A stretch of DNA of 63,619 nucleotides, filler included, from Basidiobolus ranarum (Eukaryota), in the NCBI GenBank assembly GCA_040143965.1. It is 10 parts of 10 records of this genome, joined end to end, with 100 filler letters (N's around TTAATTAATTAA, not from the genome) between each part and the next. Parts side by side here need not be neighbours in the genome. Positions count along the whole stretch, not along the records: positions 25,519 to 31,792 come from JASJQH010001357.1; positions 31,893 to 38,164 come from JASJQH010001358.1; positions 38,265 to 44,532 come from JASJQH010001359.1; 7 more parts are not named here. One strand, 5' to 3'. Within the stretch, counting starts at the first letter, position 1, and each line of letters opens with the position of its first letter. Both the position numbers and the translations under genes were made by a program. Positions 27,422-41,624 of this stretch are shown piece after piece. The notes under the pieces were generated by a model. The model saw nothing but the letters and a program-made list of their open reading frames with translations. It was not told the origin of the DNA and did no database searches.

Positions 27422-29585
27422 CTAGATGGCGACATTGAGAACGTTTAATAGACCACCAACTAAATGTATACTGCCAGTAGTCAATATCTGTACATTCTTA
27501 TCGCTGGATTTCATGTACTCTTCTACCCACTTGACCGATTCATCGATAGATGCAAAGACGTGGGTTATACACTCAGAATTGCTATTCACTTCTCTGGTGG
27601 ATTCTACCCAAAAGTCCGCCAATGATTTCTGCGGTGCAAGAGATTCATCAAATTCAATGGTGAAATTACGGGAGTCCGCTAAATAGAAGAAAATGAGGGC
27701 ATATTTAAAATGATGCAAATGTGACGACAAGTCAGTGCTTTCACTAACCATTAGACGAAACGTGAGCATATGGCAGATTTGGGCAAAATAATATGTGTTT
27801 AAAGTTCATTTTAGCTTGTAGCTCGGTGAGAATTTTCAATAATTTGGTTCCACTGCGTCCTTTAGCTCCATTGAAAAGTAGGAATCTTTCAACATCTCCT
27901 TCAGTCTTCTCGAATGCAGCTCCCTTGAACCACTCGGCACAAATCTGGGATATTTAAAGTGTTATATGAGACGCTTTCAAATCTAAAGTTCATTTATGTG
28001 TTCTTCATCATACCTGCATGCTTTCCAAAGTATGAGCACCATCAATAAACCATGTAACATTAGGGATCTTCTCTACTTGAAGTCTTTGACCTCTACCGGG
28101 CCAGGTTACCTGCTCCAATCCGTGGATAAAACTTTGAGGGATTTCTCCCTCGGCAGTTTTGGCTAACATATTAGGCCTCTTCTTTGATAACCAGGAGTGA
28201 CAAAGGGAAATGGCTAATGCTGCGTTTTCCAATTGATGCTTCCCTGATAAGCCTATTGATTGAAATAAAAGATTAATCCAAAAGTAGCTACTTAGACTCA
28301 TTTAACGTTTGATGAGTTACCCAAGTTTTTGGGAGCATTTGAATAAGAGGAGTATGGTTTAACAATACTGCATAATGCCTATGATTTTTCCAGAATAAGT
28401 TTAGACAGAAATCACTGGTGAGAATTCATCATTCTCATACCTTTTTTTCCTTTGCTCTTGTTTCTATTACTTCCATGGCTTCCGGTAGCTGGGGGACAGT
28501 GAAAACGGGTGTTGCGTTCTGTATTGTTATTGTTTAGAATCTTAGCATAGAGGTGATCAATGTCGAAGCCAAAAACACTAACTTTGATAATTCCAGACTT
28601 GTGCCAAGCTATCTCGGATATAGTTGTACCAAGTATATTTTCGTGATCGATTCCAAGTGCACTAATTCCGCAGACTACTGGCTTCTCAATCACATTAGTA
28701 GAATCATACTCTCCACCTACACCAACCTCCATCAAAGCGACATCCACCTTAAAGAAGATAAGTCATCAATAGAGACTCTAATATGAACGATAGAATTTAA
28801 AAATCTACCTTCTCTTGCATAAATATGTGAAATGCCAATAAGGTTAAGTATCTGAAGTACGTGGGACGAATAGGTTGTTCAGGAGAAACCAATGCCTAGT
28901 AATATCCACTTTCTCCTTAATTTTACACACACGCATCAACTTGCTTAAAATTCATTCCTTACTTTAGTGGCTTCCAATTTATCCCAGCATTCGTAGAAAT
29001 ATTTGGCAAAACTATCTTTACCCAAAGGCCGTCCATTGATTCGGATTCTTTCGCGAACCTCGACCAAATGTGGTGAAGTAAATAGACCTTTAAAATTCAA
29101 AAAAGTGCATATACAAAGCACCATACTAATAAGTATGTGTATTTAGTGAAGATTCAAAGAAGAAATATATCAGGTACCTGTTTTGATAGGAGAAGAATCA
29201 TCAACATTACGAAGTATCGACTCGGTTAGCGCACAAGTAGACCCTTTTCCTTTGGTACCGGTGACATGTATGACGTTCAACTGGTCAAATTCGGGGATCT
29301 ATCGAGGTTTCAAGTATTTTAATTAATGATAAAATCTATGAATAATATAATGAATAAAAAAAGTAAATTCACGAAATAACTCACTTGGTATCCTACGCGT
29401 TCCAAGAAACACCTCATTTCTGGTAGACTCTTTAAATTTAAGATACCTTTGGATTTGCGTACTGCTTCTAAGGAGGCAGCATTAGTTTGTAAAGAATTCA
29501 AATCTCCCACAGCATCCTGATATGAAAAAGCCTTTAGTCTAAGTAGAAAAAATACATGTGGTGAGCGAGAAGTCCAATACCTCAT
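27422..29585 (-). CDS. MET7: Folylpolyglutamate synthase
   Basis: LNSLQTNA, HVTGTKGKGS, FTSPHL, EVGVGGEYDSTN, WPGRGQ, DGAHT and TGSIHLVGG motifs across many exons. Confidence 0.95.
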
Positions 29586-30471
29586 AAGTTCTACTAGTTT
29601 TAGTCATTGTGGAATAAATGTATTAAGTAAAATTTCAGATATGGAGACCCGTAGTTATAATACTTGATACACCAAGGTTCAAAGGTAAAAGAGATAAGGC
29701 ATCGCATAACTAATCGAAGCGACTTTAAGCTTACCACGCGAATAAATTGGAATGTTGATGGAATTTCAACAATTATACACTATATATAAATATTAGTAAT
29801 TTAAACAAGGAGGATCAAAGATATTTCGACTATAAAATGGATTCGACTAACTAAAAAATTAGGAATATTAGAAGAATCCTATTGGATTAAGCAGTGTCAT
29901 GTCAAATTTTTCAGTTTGTTAAACAGTCCATGCCGATACGTTATCTTATCTGATATTACCTTGACATCTCTTCCACTTATTCCACATAGTATGACAACTG
30001 GTATAGGATAGATGTAGGGTAGAGTATAGAATAAAGTACCTAGTCTAGGGTTGTCATAGCACGTTGATCGCTAAATAAGGCGATCTCAATTTCATCCTCT
30101 CAATGGGATTGGGGAATGAATCTAACCCATCTAACCTTAAATCTGCCCATAGGACTATGATGTCTCTACTTCGCATTCACCCGTCCACCAGTTAGCAAAG
30201 CACATATGGGATATTTCTCTATTATTTCGCCATACTGTACAAGCATTAATTCGCATGGTACAAAAGAGGGTTTACGAATGATTAAAAATATATGTCAATT
30301 CAAAGCGGAATCCGTTGCGGCCATATCGTAGTGAATTCTGATAGGTAAGGGTATAGTGAGAATTCATGTGACGGTAAGGTAGAACTGGAGAGACTATTAG
30401 AATGGTGGAGGGATCGTTGGGAGCGGGTAACTTTACAGGAAACGATCAAAATTGTGTGTATTTAAAGTAGA

Positions 30472-31753
30472 CTATGGGTGATCACTGGCATTGTCTAAGA
30501 CAATCATAACATTATCAACCAGTGCTAAATCTTCAAGGACTGGGATCAAATCTAAAAGTTCAGTATCATGAGGATCATTAAACCATGAACTAATAGGAAC
30601 CGCATTAGAGGGGTGGAAGAGGTAACTTGCTGGTGAGTTGTCTACAATCATTACGTGACGAATATCACGGCCTAACTGCGAAAGATCCTACGGTTACAAA
30701 CATTAATACACCGATGCAGATATGTGTCTTATTGAGCCATACAATGCACCAACCTTGACGTAGTTGCCACAGTGATTATAGCACGACTCGCGGAAAAGAC
30801 GGTGCGTGATTGTTTTGTGAATGTCAAGGAGATCCAGTACCGGATCAGCATACTAGAGACAATGTTAGTCTACTACACCACGGTCGCTTCTGTGAAATAG
30901 CACTTTACCTTTGAAAGACTAGCAGTGAAAATTACAACTTCAAATGTGTCAGCAACACGCCTAAGAAATTCATCTACGCCAGGACGTTTCAAGGCATAGA
31001 CATTATGAATTTGACCTTCAATATCCACCGGAACAACAATATCTGCGTTTTCTACCAACTGATGACTCACTTAGACTCAGTTCCACGAATTATATAAATG
31101 ATACATACAGACCTTGAACGAACTATGAATTAATGTCTCATCAAGATCCAATACTAGGCACTTCTTTCCAATATGTTCAGGGGCTAGCGGCGGCAGTAAG
31201 GCTTTAGTATCAGGCTGTGGGATAAGTTAAAAATTAGTATTCTTGGATTTCTCAGGTGAATGGAATAGAGTTATCTGAGGCTAACCTGCTCAGTTGTAGT
31301 CATGAGTTGAAGCGGCGGTGCATTTGGACTTTTTTCATTACAAAGTTGTCCAGCTACAGCACTGACTTCTTTGTTTGTCACAGCCTCAGGAGTATCCTGC
31401 TTCTTACTAATTGGCACTTTCTTAATAGTTGCATTAGACTCTTTTGACTCCGGAGGAGCCCCACGGACACACTGAAATAACTTCGAAAGGAAACCAAAAC
31501 GAGGTTTGTGTACTTTAGCTTCAGGTTTGCTGAACAGAGAAAAAGGCATCCGGTTTTTAAAAGACCTAGGTAATTTTTTATCTTGAAGGCTGTTAACATG
31601 GAGACTAAAACATCAAAACACTCTTTATTTTCGTTATATACCTCGACTTAAAAGGGCAGTTTTTACAGGAGGTCTTCTGTTCGTATCTGAGCTCAGCGTG
31701 CCTGACTGGGTTAACTCCGTTGGACTCACTTGGGTTATGAGATTCTCAGCCAT
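30472..31753 (-). CDS. PSR1: Psr1/SCP-like (NIF/FCP1 HAD) small CTD phosphatase
   Basis: [39 protein letters not shown] and IVDNSP motifs across exons. Confidence 0.93.
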
Positions 31754-31892
31754 GTCAAAAACAAGTACTCCCTCAACCTTGCAAAAGTGTTANNNNNNNN
31801 NNNNNNNNNNNNNNNNNNNNNNNNNNNNNNNNNNNNTTAATTAATTAANNNNNNNNNNNNNNNNNNNNNNNNNNNNNNNNNNNNNNNNNNNN

Positions 31893-32879
31893 TAACTCAT
31901 GGCAGCAGGGAGCATCACGCAGCTTGTATACCCATGAGGGCCTTTGCCTGCTCCACCGAGAGCGTGCGCAATCGCAGGCGGTGCTCCCTAATCCACTTCC
32001 TTCATGACAGAAGCCTGTGTAGCTTCCCATACACCAAGCAGACTCTGAAGTCTCGAAGATATATCCTGTCGATTGTGGTTTGTCTGTAGAAGAGATCCTG
32101 TTAGTTTCTTCAGTGCAATGGCTGCTAGATCATCCGATTCAGAATTGGAATTTAATGAAGACAGCGTTTCCACACAGTGGTCTACAGATCGCATCCCTGT
32201 GTAGAGCCACAGCCAATCTGGTGTGTGTAAAGTGATCACGGGATCCAAGATAATGGACTTGGGTACACAAAGTGGATGGCGAAAGATTCTTTTAGCTCCA
32301 ACTCTCGAATCAGTTGCGCCCGAACCACTGTTATACTCTCCTCCAGATAGGGAGGTTGGGATGCAGATTAATTGGATATTTGGGGGCAGAACGGTGTCTA
32401 CTGACTGTTCATCGAAAACTAAAGTATTGAGATCATCAGGTGTATTTACCTCATTTGCCACTGCTAGAAGGGCCACCTTTGCTGCATCCGTAATGGAACC
32501 ACCTCCAAGAGTGATAATCACATCTGCCCTTTTAAACAATGATATTTTTGTAAATCAAAGGTTTGTGGAGGCGTAAGATAAGTACCTACTTTGCGCTTTG
32601 GATTTCTTTGGTTAGTTCAATAATGTCTTCCCATGGAGTATGTGGTCGAATTCCGACTTTCTTTCCAACGAAATATTGACCTAAAGCTTGCTCCAACCGT
32701 ACTACCAGATCAGTATCACTATTGAGCGATTTAGATACAACAAGAAAGGCTCGCTTCGTAGACAGCCGATGGAGTTCGTTGACAACCGCATCGGTGTATG
32801 ATTTTCCCCATATTACACGCTCCACTCTCGTTGAAGATTGAGGCGCCTCACCAGCAGATACGGATACAGTGGTTGTCAT
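31893..32879 (-). pseudogene. Iron-containing alcohol dehydrogenase / maleylacetate-reductase-like gene with an in-frame stop
   Basis: GGGSITDAAK, IPTSLSGGE and DHCVE motifs, intron ~32530-32589. After the TAG at 31988-31990 the frame continues GAPPAIAHALGG..PHGYTSCVMLP. Confidence 0.8.
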
Positions 32880-35800
32880 TTTGTTTAAAAATTCAAGAGT
32901 TTATTTGTTGAATATTTACTGAGAGTTGATGGATTTATACTGGAAGATTACTAAGCTGACGTTGGATCAATCCCTTTCCTCATGATCAGCCTACATGCGT
33001 CACCTATCCCATTCTTTTGAGACCGGTACCCACACTATCCAGTGGTATGATGCTCGAGAATCTGATACAATATCATCACTTTATCTGGCGCTTGGTTTCA
33101 TTTCGCCGAATTATTATTTCCTAATCAAATGTGAGAGTTTGCTGGAATACTTAGGGTTAGGGTATATATGACAAAGTTGATGTGTGAGTGAGGTTGGTTA
33201 TACTATGTATGGAGGTGCGGTATTTACAGTCACGTGAGAATGATTTTGGCGAGGATAATCCTCAATTACATCAGCAACATGCGGGCTTCTTATTGCCTCT
33301 TGGTATGATGGGGGAGGCATGGTGATTGGCGTTTCTATATTAGTCCATGTGGATGGAATGGCTGGGACGGTATTTCCATTAACAGTGGGTAAAGAGTCTT
33401 CTCGTTGCTCTAATAATGGTTTTGGTTAATTCACAGTTGGTTACTCCAGTAATGCATTAAAATTTACCTCGTCTCTTTCTACTGCACACTCGGAACAATG
33501 CACATGCTACAAATATGATACCAAGCACAATATAAATTAAAATGAAGGTCATATTGTGTGCTTTGTGCTCTAACTGCTGCAGAAGAGTTGAATTAAAATG
33601 GGATTAGTTAAGAGATTATGAAAAGTAAGATTTAGTAGAGCCGAAAAAATATAAGGGATGTTGGGAGAACTAGGTTGGGATTTATACGTTTTGGTATGCG
33701 GATCGAGCACCACTCGATTGCCTAATCTAGTCGAGACAGTCATGTAACTCGAATGGGGGTCTTGGCAACCAATTGGGAGAGGAATCAGAGACGATATATT
33801 CGTTTGAGTAAATGCTTTTTCCAAAAGATAGTCTATAGAGAAATATGTGACGTAACATACCAATCTCGTTGTGATCATAACTGTAGCAGTAATCAACTGC
33901 TTTCAATCATCAATTCTAAGAAATACTGGTAGATGTATTCTCCAGAAATATTGACGAGAGATGGGCAATATTTTCCTTTTCTAGGAAGAGAGGGGGTCGC
34001 CCTAAGAGGAGCTTGGGCTGGTACGAGGTAATTTTTTGAAGTAACTTTCAACTTAAAAACCTAATAATTGTTGTTAATATTCACCTTAGCTTCCTTCAAC
34101 ATGTCCATATTCAGCCGCTCAAAACCATAGAATTTCTCTGACTGTAATGCATAAATATTCAATCGAAAGATCGTTGCTTGATGCTTGGTAGCTGACATCA
34201 TCCAATTGTAATGCTCCCCCAGATCACCGAGATGCACTAGCCTTGATTCGGGTTATAAAATCACGATTACTGAACTCACATCCGGAATTCAAGACGAATT
34301 TTCAAGGCCAGGGCATTTGGATGTGAGTGGTATTAGTTTAGCTTTCACTCTGATACACATGTAGCCTAAGAGAGCGCTATGCTAGACAACTTTTATGGTG
34401 CGAAAGAGCATAATAATGATGAATCTTAGATCCTGTAAACCAGAGAAGAGTGGGCCTGGCATGAAGCGAAAGTCATTCTGATAGTATAACTAGAGGTATT
34501 AGGATGATCTGCAAGCTGCGATAATTGGTAGGCTGTATGGATGATATATGTAATAGAGTATCATATTATTCTTTTTCGACTAGCCCACATACCGAGTTTC
34601 TCAGAATGGATGTGTACTGCGGGTTAAGCCTATTATCAGTCTATGTCAGTGTGCAGTGAAGCTGGGTCAGATGTGGGCTAAGAATAAGATTCTGCGGTGA
34701 TTGGATCAGAGAGAGACATGTGGCTTCTTATCACCGCCTCCAGTCTATCTCTTTCAACTTAGTCGATGGCAGACCACATGGAGCATACTTTAATTTACTA
34801 ATAAGAGTTAATCAGGCCCACTATTGGCCATGAACAGTTCAATGGCGGTACTCATATATTATTCATATAGGTTTTGCCGAATTCATGGTAAAACTTCAGC
34901 ACATGTGAATTGTCTTCAGTTAAACAACCTACAAATGTTAAGACTCGCTCAATAGTATACTAGAGTGTACGAAGAGTTGAGTTTATTGCATTCCTTCAAG
35001 CGACTCACTTAAATCATACTCTATTGACATTATTTTTACTTGTAAGTTTACTCTTTGGGCACTGCCTTTGGTATACACAAGTTTTAAACAACTTAAACCT
35101 CGTAAGTTACTTGAGTTACTAGTAGCAGAGAGCATATCTATAAATACGTTCCTAGATATTACCAATCTTTATACTTTGAGTAATCTTTCGACTCATTTTC
35201 CATTGCGACGAATAGTAGGATTGTCTTCTATCTCTTCTTCATTTTCTGCTTTATGTGGAGATGCGAAGCACTTGCCGAATTTGACAAGCGCTTGGCTTGG
35301 GGTAGACGTGATTATTCTTGTATAAACTTCAATACGCCTCCAGCCGAGGCCAAGCTGAAGCTGGGTAGATAGTCCAACTTAAGTGGGAATTAGATCAATT
35401 TGGTATCAGTGGTACTACTGTTACAAATTTCGATTTTGATCTCTTTAATAACTTAGAATACACTACTTTCGATTATTCACCATTAGCCAAATTTTCATAC
35501 AAGATTGCCAAAAATGATTGAGTCAATCTCTCACTTACACCTGGAAAGTCCCCGAAGTCAAACAAGCCGGAGTAAATCCAAACTCTATTATATTCGCGTC
35601 ACTACTTGGTCGCAGTCCAACCCTGACCACCCATCACTCTTTGGTATAGCGGGGCCATTTACTAACTTTATTGAGTTCCTGAACAAGAGAAACGGTTCTC
35701 TTCACTAAGCATTATCCAATCACTAGTTCTGTGTTCACCAACTGATATAACCGAAATAAATGGACATTTTACTCTCCATACTCTGCATTTAATTTCATCA

Positions 35801-36810
35801 AGAATCATTAATTTGGTTTCCTTTCATTGCGATAGAATCAATTGATTGCAATATGAGTAATGTCCGAATCGCCTGTCTGCATAGCAAGTATCGTATATGT
35901 GAATACCACTTGCATGTTGATTCTATCGTCAGATGATGCTGTGGTGCTCCCATTAGCCCATTTCAATGGTAAGTCATTGTAGTTGGATCATGCACTGGTT
36001 TACACCACTAGTAATACAGATTAGAATGGAGTAGATACGTAGTTGATGTAGCACATTACAACAAAGATTTAATCAATCCATTGAGCCTTGGTCCAAATGT
36101 TTGCTTAAAAGATAGATTGACAATTATTGTTGTGCCAGTGACAGTAAATGTAACCAAGGTGGTGTTCGTTGATGGAAACGATCCTGGGGATGCGATGCCA
36201 ACTTTGTAACTGTCGAAAACCAGCTTAGTAGATGAAAAAATGGTCAGAAAGTACTGGTGCACAGCCATCAATGTCTTTTCTTCGTCGTAACAGGCATTAC
36301 TCCCCACACCGCTCTAGATATTGCTAAAGGCTATGGCACGGGAGATGGCCTCAAAATTGAAAGTAATAGCTATTTGACTCAGTACAGAGCTTGGTTGTTA
36401 TCTGTTTGCGTACCACTATACCGGATAAGCAGCACTAAAGTGACCCTGAAAACGTTCTTACGGTGAAAGTATTATGATTTATATGAGGTGAGCTTGCTAC
36501 TTGATCTAGTGAGTAAAAATCAGATGTTGCTAGTAAGGCTGTGGAGTCTTATCGAGTTACAACAAACATTGCCAATACAAAAATGGAGCATTTGGACAAG
36601 CGTAGCCTCGGCCTTCATTTTGAACACTAATGCTGGCTCATATGAGGGAATGAGAGAGAGTCTGGTCTGACTATATACCCACCACACTCTCATGTTAGCA
36701 TTCATTCTCGTGCCTAAGCCACCAATCTTGCACCTTGTCACAAATGAATCTGTCGAATCCACCAAATCCAGCTGAACTAAGCCACTACATAAGCAAACGT
36801 AATAAAACAA

Positions 36811-36842
36811 CTATAAGTGAACAAAAAAATTGTAGACAAATT
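36811..36842 (+). mobile_element. Putative Tc1/mariner-like left end of the Fanzor element
   Basis: TA-TAAGTGAACAAAAAAATTGTAGACAAA resembles Tc1-type TIRs and lies ~115 bp upstream of the Fanzor ATG. The partner end is outside the fragment. Confidence 0.4.
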
Positions 36843-36929
36843 GTGTAATTCATTGCTGTAACTCATCGGTTTTTTTTTAGAGTATATGCTTAACAAACTT
36901 TTCTATCCGTAAACTTTTCTCTTCTCTTT

Positions 36930-38164
36930 ATGGAACCACCTCTAAAGATTATAGCAGTCAAGAGCTCAATCGCTGGTATTGGGCGGAAGCCACAATATGT
37001 TCCACTACTCATGTCACTTATAGCTAATGTTCATACCCTTGTGTCGTATACGTTTCCTTTTTGAAGTACATCTTTACTCATGAACTGGAAGCTGACCCTG
37101 CTTCGTTTGGAGGATTTCATTAATGTTAGCTTTTTTAAAGGTTTTTTTGTCACTCCTCAATAACTACAAGCCAGACAAACAGAAAGCTTCGACAGAATCA
37201 AGAGCCTACAAAGATCTAAACACGCCATTCAACTGCTGTCCGTTAAGAAGGGGCTTCATACCATGCTATATGACAATCGATACATATATTTTGAATACTC
37301 AAATTTTAAAGAATTCTATCACCAGTCACTTGGATAAAGAAGTAGTATGGGGATTCATTATTGACCTCACATCAAAGGCAATGAAACCACAAGGAAAAGG
37401 CAAGTCAATGAAGTTTAGAGGTATGATGTACACAGATGGTGTAGGTGTGTCGGTGTTAAAGCAAAACCACGATACGAAGAAGGGTGGCGGTGGCGCAAAG
37501 TCTCTTGCTTCAGAAGAGGAGGAGTTTAAGTATGTGGAGAAGTTGGGAAGAGAAGAGTTGTTGGCCGGTGTTGGAAAATGTGTGATAATTGATCCTGGAC
37601 GTCGCGATTTGCTGTACTGTATACACGAAGAAAGTACCACTGAAAACAAAATGGTTTATCGATATATAAACCAAAAAGTAATTGAAACAAAATGCAGAAA
37701 ATTCAGGAAGCTCAGAGAGAACTTAAAGATAGACTAGGTCATCACAGCTGAGCTTTCCCTATCACATTTTTAATCTTCGACTGCCAACAAAGACAAGTTT
37801 GCCAAGTATCTTCAAGAAAAAGCCAAAGTCACTCCGGTCATGAGAGCGCATTACTCAAATGAAGACCGCCCTGCAGGAGAAGACCGGCGTACCAGCGGTT
37901 TGTTACCTTTTAGAAGATTGAAGCTCTCAAGTTTCAATAACCAACTACAATCAGACAAACGGTTTGCCAAGATTCTTCGAGAGAAGTTTGGGAAAGATAC
38001 TATAGTAGTACTTGTTAACTGGTCGACTGGAAATGTAAATCAAAGAAGGCTTCCAGCTATACCTCCTTGACGAGTTTAAAACTTCAAGTCTGTGCCCTAC
38101 TTGCCAGAACGATGAACTGGAAAAGTTTAAAAAAGTACAAAATCCTAGACCATACAAAAGAGAA
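36930..38164 (+). pseudogene. Fanzor1 (eukaryotic TnpB/Cas12-related RuvC nuclease), degenerate
   Basis: FRGMMYTDGVGVSVL, RuvC-I IIDPGRRDLLYC, VLVNWS, RuvC-II LLDEFKTSS, zinc finger CPTC and NPRPY. Stops at 37735 and 37771, plus frameshifts. Confidence 0.85.
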
Positions 38165-38264
38165 NNNNNNNNNNNNNNNNNNNNNNNNNNNNNNNNNNNN
38201 NNNNNNNNTTAATTAATTAANNNNNNNNNNNNNNNNNNNNNNNNNNNNNNNNNNNNNNNNNNNN

Positions 38265-38875
38265 AAGACGCGAGTTGAGAGACTCTGACTTTTTGCCTAT
38301 ATCGTGCCATGCAATGTCCTGGCGCATGATTGCGTGTAGATATTTCTCACGGATACGCTTAGTCTGATTCTCAGCCGACAATGTAAAGAAACACATTTGG
38401 CCATACGCGGCAATAAGTATAACGGCACCAATGATAGAGAACTTGATGACGATTTCGCGCAGAGCTGCAACTTGCTCTTTAACCGTATCAGGATTAAATT
38501 CTCCTGTGATGCCGTTGATAACATCACCCATCAATTGGGCAACCAACGGCTGACCCACACCGCATCCAATAGCACAGATGGTACCCAGACTAATAGAGAG
38601 AACATTTTTACAACCATTAGATCTTCTTTAAAGTATGTTTTTGATGGGGGTACTGATACTTACATGATACAGGTGACATCCCAGGAGTCGGCAAAGCGGT
38701 AGAGCTTGAAGTAGCTGACTTTGGGACCTACTTCTTTTGCAACCTTCTTTTTCTTTTTGTTGTCATCAATATCGTCAACGCTAACGTGCAGGTCTTTTTC
38801 GTTATTCACAGAAATGGGAACAAGATTTTCATGATTGTGAGTGGATGAATCCTCGAACGCCTCGTCCTTGGACAT
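38265..38875 (-). CDS. ABCB/MDR1-type P-glycoprotein, 5' part
   Basis: VSYFKLYRFAD, intron, GQPL, AENQTKRIREKYLHAIMRQDIAWHD. Cut by the linker. Confidence 0.9.
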
Positions 38876-39849
38876 GGTTGGTTAGAATGAGTTCCTGATT
38901 TAAGATGAGTACTTGTTGCAAATAGCGTCAAAAATGAGTACAAGGCAAGTACCAAGAAAATGCGGGGTGAAGAGTATTAAGTACTAGGGCTCAAGTAGGG
39001 GAGCGGGAATATATTTAGATTCAAGAAAAGCGAAGGAAAATTAGAACAGAGTAGTCAATTGTGATAAGAAAATGATAAACTGATTGCTTGATTTTATAGT
39101 GATTGCAACACTAAACTCTAACTTCAATAGAACATTCGTGACTTAAAACAGACTTAGCGGACGAGTGACATATATGATTTAAATTTAAGAAATTTACATT
39201 CAGTTGAGAGATCCGCAGTGTATGAACGGATTGTGTAATCACTTTACTTTTGGCACATACTCATCGAAGTATATATGGCTACAATCATTACTATATAAAA
39301 ATGTTTCCAATATGCTCATATTTTGAAAATTAATATTTGTGAAACATCCACATTTTGCATTTCCGCAAGTGCGGTCAAACCGTTATCCCCACTACGCGTG
39401 CGAGAGGTAACCACGAATCTGGTGATGTACATGTAGTCTGTCTAAATCAAGCGATAGGAAATCCATATATAGCTAAAGTAAATTCAATTTTGTTTGACAA
39501 TCAACCGATCACTTGCAGATACAGATATATGTAAATATATATAAATATGTATGTATTAAAATACAACACTTTGCACACTGAAATGCTGTCACATCTCAAA
39601 TATTATTCATGATAGCAGGATGTTCTTGGAGTTATCAATAAAATGGGCTATCTATATATAGTATTGGGCGTTATATACGTGCCCGTGTTTATTGATATTT
39701 AGCCCACCTTTACCGCAATACTCACACAACAACCAAACACAGATACAATGGGTTACTATGCTTGAATAACCACAAAATTCACCTTTAATCGGTACATATC
39801 AAGATTTTTTGGGTCAAGCACATTAATTAAACACTCATATAACTGCATT

Positions 39850-40545
39850 GAAAGTGTTGTCATGAAGTGAACAATTGAACAAAACGGGCTCTTGGCCAAC
39901 AAGAATCATACGAGAGCGAATATTGTTCCATTGAAGATCCTTGATATCTCAGTTGTCAATAGCAGCCTTTCCTTTGATTGTATCGTACCAACACTTCATC
40001 AATGCAACAATCATGGACTTTTCTCATTCAGAAGGCAAGTGAGTAAGCACATAACATGACAAATATGAATGAACTCATACCAGCACCAGTGACGAAGGCT
40101 TTCTTGACAACTGCTTTGCGGGCTTCATTTAGTATATCTCCTATGCGCTTGACCTCATAGAGCGCCACAGATTTCATTAAAGAGAATTTACATAAAAACG
40201 AGTTAGACAGCCATAGTCTAAATGATGCATCCACAAATAGGATTTTGTATTGCTTACACCCCATGACAGAAATAGCAGTCAAGAGAACCAAGACCATCTT
40301 CTAACTGGCCATGAAAGCGATCACGAAGCTGGTGACGAAAGTCAAAAGTAACATCATGCATATGCCAACTTTATTAGATATACCGATAAGTACAACGGTC
40401 CCAATGATAGTGAACTTGATAACGATTTCACGCAAAATAACGACTTGCTCTTTAACCGTATGGGGTTGACTTCTCCTGTGATGCCGTTAATAATATCACC
40501 AATAAATTTGGCTACCAACCACACCGCATGCAATAGTACCAGTTT
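39850..40545 (-). pseudogene. Heavily deleted ABCB paralog
   Basis: Juxtaposed fragments of TM1, DKVGICM..FMAS, AVVKKAFVTG and NBD sequence (VGQEPVLF) with stops and deletions. Confidence 0.8.
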
Positions 40546-41624
40546 AATGGAGAAAATATTTATAAAGCGATTAGATTGTCTTTAACATATGCTATTGATT
40601 CAGATTGAAAAGCTAGCGCATTGCACATTGTCTCATTAATCAAGTAAAAGTCATTGGCAATCTGTGTATATATAAACATGGAAGTATAAATGGATTATCA
40701 AGACCATAGTTAACCCTGAGCGCTGATGGTATTTACCACATTTTTTCTTAACCGAACAATCGGAATCTTGCTAAAAACATATATTCGGATCAAACATGGT
40801 TAATTCATGCAGAAAAAGGGTTGAACAGTAGAGACTAAAATTTTCCATTGAGTACAGATCGGTCTAGAACCTCTACAAAATCCATATGACCATCTTTTCA
40901 AATACACGAAGAGGCATCAAATAACGCTGAATAATGAAGTAAACGCAATAAAGTTAGCATATGGACTAATGGAATATTACCATAGCCTACTAACTTTCTC
41001 AATGAGGACGGCGATTAAAGCCCTAGTCAAGGCAGTGGCTAAAGTCATCAACACTGTATCGTTGACGAAAGTGCCCACGCCATCAATATAAATTAGCGGC
41101 TAAGTTACCACGGTGTTGTCATCGAAGTGGGGATAGCATATTGCTATAAGATATGGGTGTATGAGTTTGTCTTGGTGCAAAATCTATCGTTATACAAGAA
41201 ACTGCTCTATCTTTAATAATACAGTCTTGGCATCATCACAACTTCCTGTTTCTAAAATATAAATCAACACCTCCCCATCAGGCATTTTACGTTTACGATT
41301 ATCTCATATTTTGAAACTGCTCACAAACCCTTCATACGAATTCTGTTGGACAGTGCATTACTATCGCTTACCCAGGAAGCGCCAACTCTAGTGTAGATAA
41401 AAGAGCCTCTTTCACGACATTTTAATATTTAATATGTATTGACCTGTATTTTGGATATAACATCATTGGACCAAGCACCCTGGTAAATAGCTTCTTTGTG
41501 CAACATTGGGCAAAGGCTAGCCAAATATGTGATCGACGTGTGAAAATTCACATACATTTAAATTTGCTTAAATTCATATTAATACTAGTCTTTAAAATAA
41601 AATAGAAATATATTTCGATTAATC

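Noticed and set aside
20250-36370. Shared short TGDGLK(L/I)E translation at ~20262 and ~36335
   Set aside because: The match is too short and does not extend visibly, so it is probably chance.
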